From Catajapyx aquilonaris (taxonomy: Eukaryota), in contig JYFJ02000499.1 of assembly GCA_000934665.2 (NCBI GenBank), forward strand, positions 62,001-126,000: a stretch of DNA of 64,000 nucleotides. Reading direction: 5' to 3'. The notes below the pieces were generated by a model that made no database searches, was not told the origin of the DNA, and was given only the letters and a program-made list of their open reading frames with translations. Of this stretch, positions 61,668 through 64,000 are shown piece by piece; the first letter of the stretch is position 1; each line of letters opens with the position of its first letter. The position numbers were made by a program, and so were the translations under genes.

Positions 61668-63167
61668 ATGCCAAGAGGGAGACAGCCTCAAAGCCTGAGA
61701 CGCTTGAGTGTGAGCTGCCTTGCCAGCATAGTCCTACAATGGTGCAAGAGGAGCGAGTGCCACAATGATGATGGGAGTAGACAGTTTGTCCAAGACATAC
61801 CCGAGATGTTTGCAAATGAATTTGTATTGAAGATTCTCAAGTTGTACTCAAAGGTGAGAGACAACTACAGGATTACTGAAGCATTTCATCCTAAATGCAC
61901 CAAGATAGTCGAAGAGAATGGAATGACAATTCTGACACTCCCACCACATTGTTACGTCCAACTGTTTATCAACCTTCATGTTATGACTGAGCTGCAAGTT
62001 TTAGATAGTTGTTGTCATGTGTGGGACGGACGCAGTTACGGTGTATTAAGTTCTGTTCCATTTCCCAACCTGAGCAAACTCCGTAAAGTTGTAATAGCAG
62101 GGCTTCTGCACTCACGGCACCTTGAGCAGATGGTTGAAAATTGCCCACTCCTGGAGGATATTATATTTTTGTCCTCATGTCATTATTTGATCATCAAATT
62201 CTGTTAGGCTGCAGGAACCTTAAAAGCTTTCATATGGTTAACATAAATCCACGTGTTGCGATATTCCTGCTTGAGAACCTGCCCAGCCTGGAAGATACGG
62301 ATATTGGTGACGTGACCCAATTGTTGCCACTCTGCACACGGGAATATCGCTTGAAAAGATTGGGTTCAGGCATGAGGAAAATCAAAGCCACTACCTTACC
62401 AAAGCTCTTGACCCATTTTCCTCACCTTGAAGAGCTTGAGTTGAACATGGATAGTGACACAGATCCAAGCCCCATTAACAATCTCCTAGGCCTTAAACAC
62501 TTAACAATAAGAGAAGGAGCAGTGACCCGTCTTGTCTGTCTGTCTGAGAGACGCATGCATGGGTCGTCTTTCCAAGTTGGAGTTGCGCAATGTCACCAAC
62601 CCTACTTTCTTGTTCTCACCAGATATGAAGCTTCAATGCACACATCTGAAATGCCTGACCCTTACAGGATGCACTGGAATAAACTTGGCTGTCATTGGTG
62701 ACGTAATTCCAGACATACAATCTCTTTGCTTATCTGGCACCTTTATTCCTCTTCCTCCTGACCAAATGAAGACAAGTTCTGCTTTTCAAGCACTTGAACA
62801 ATTGAAGATGTCTGGGGAGGTGCCAATGGTTCATGCTAAATATCTGCTGTCAGCATCCAGCAAGAACTTAAAGAGTCTCTCTGTGTATAACACTCCAAAC
62901 AATTTTGTTGCAAATGAACTGCTTTCTGGAGCTAGGCTGAAGGAGTTGCGTGGAATCTCCATAACAGACGTCAGCATGACAAAAGATATTATTCCAAGGA
63001 TTTTGGCTGTATGTGGAGATTACTTGGCAGCAGCATTTGTGAGTGGGAAAGATTTGGAAATGTCACAGGATGAAGTCAATGCGTTGAAAAATCAGTTGCA
63101 ACCATATGACATGATTTTTCATGTACAAAATCCGTTAACTAAATTTAGATACCGATATGAAGGGTAA
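61668..63167 (+). pseudogene. BC-box + leucine-rich-repeat protein (PRAME/ZYG11-like architecture) with two frameshifts; pseudogene or assembly error
   Basis: ccctag|CC ATG, then MPRGRQPQSLRRLSVSCLASIV (PxSLxxL BC-box-like). LRR motifs (NLSKLRKVVI, CPLLEDI, CRNLKSFHM, LPSLEDTDI, FPHLEELEL, CTHLKCLTL, NLKSLSV) continue across three overlapping ORFs. Confidence 0.7.
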
Positions 63168-63280
63168 CCTTGATTTAATTATTCTACACAGCACTGAGGT
63201 ATATCAGAGCTGTAAAAAAAGAAGCTAATCTACCATGTGGTATTATTAGTTGTCTGTAATATTGCTTCATTTCATTTACA

Positions 63281-63365
63281 TTTATTCCTCCTGACCAAAT
63301 GAAGACAAGTTCTGCCAATAGTTCTGCTTTTCAAGGACTTGAACTATTGGATATGTCTGGAGATG
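63281..63365 (+). repeat. Diverged partial duplicate of LRR coding segment 62742-62821
   Basis: TTCCTCCTGACCAAATGAAGACAAGTTCTGC...TTTTCAAG.ACTTGAAC.ATTG is shared by both segments. Confidence 0.85.
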
Positions 63366-64000
63366 TACTGTACTGTGTAGCGATAGTATTTCTATTAATC
63401 CATAAGATGTATTTTTCATGGGTTTTGTACTAGTAGTTTCTAATTTTGAAGTAAGTGTGAAAAGGAGCCACATGGATTTTATGAATGCTGGAAAGTAACT
63501 GTAAGTCCGTGTTCTCCAAGTTGTTTGACGACAACCCTAAAACCATTGTGTCCACTGGGGATGTGAATATTGTGCATGTGTAATGTATAATGGGCCACTT
63601 TTGTTAATTGATATGAATTGAACGAATCTCTAATAATGGGATCCCATTTTCTTCAGTGGTTCATCAACATGGCTTAAATATGGAGTGTTCCCCGAGTGTG
63701 CAAACCACAGTTATGTCGGGATATCCAACATTTGGTGCAGTACTCGGCATGTCTTCTTTTTTTTTATATTGTAATTTCATTGACGTATAAGTTGTTGTTG
63801 TTGATGATAGAAAGATCAAGTCTTCAAGTAGGACTGACTGATTGCTCTGGCCCGTGTCCTTGTGAAAGCTCCTCATCTGTTCATTGCATTACTTTTAAGT
63901 GAGGGTGAGATATTTGTGTTCTTTAATGATAATGCTCAAGTTAACATTCACACCTTAGTTGACTCAATTATTATAGTTTCTTTTGAGTTTTGACAGGTCC

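Noticed and set aside
62160..62207. Small intron or programmed frameshift explaining the LRR gene break
   Set aside because: Possible GT..AG spans are only 29-37 nt with poor donors, and there is no canonical slippery heptamer.

Overview
Eukaryotic genomic DNA, most likely arthropod (inferred from the gene family, TCAGT initiators and DRE motifs), with three plus-strand loci and no prokaryotic features. (1) A complete lipophorin-receptor/VLDLR-type LDL-receptor-family gene of 15 hand-assembled coding exons (3472-45240, about 1002 aa, all splice phases consistent): signal peptide, 7 LA repeats, EGF-A/B, YWTD propeller, EGF-C, Ser/Thr O-linked domain, TM helix, FDNPVY tail. Its 5' introns are very long (about 20.9, 3.4 and 11.2 kb). 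(2) A RAD54L2/ARIP4 SNF2-family helicase gene of 8 coding exons (53381-60067, about 1662 aa) behind a DRE-containing promoter. (3) A single-coding-exon BC-box/LRR gene (61668-63167) broken by two frameshifts. The most notable non-coding structure is a phased array of 15 CCAATC boxes (about 29-bp subunits in an 84-85-bp higher-order unit) just upstream of an LA-repeat cassette exon; that exon has ACTAAY (QKI/HOW-type) motifs upstream and TGCATG (Rbfox-type) motifs downstream. Also seen: a GCATG-flanked O-linked exon, a 27-nt UGC-type microexon, a GC-AG/GT competing donor pair, a candidate poison exon, two MITEs and a tRNA-derived SINE head. All calls come from reading the sequence; no database search was run.
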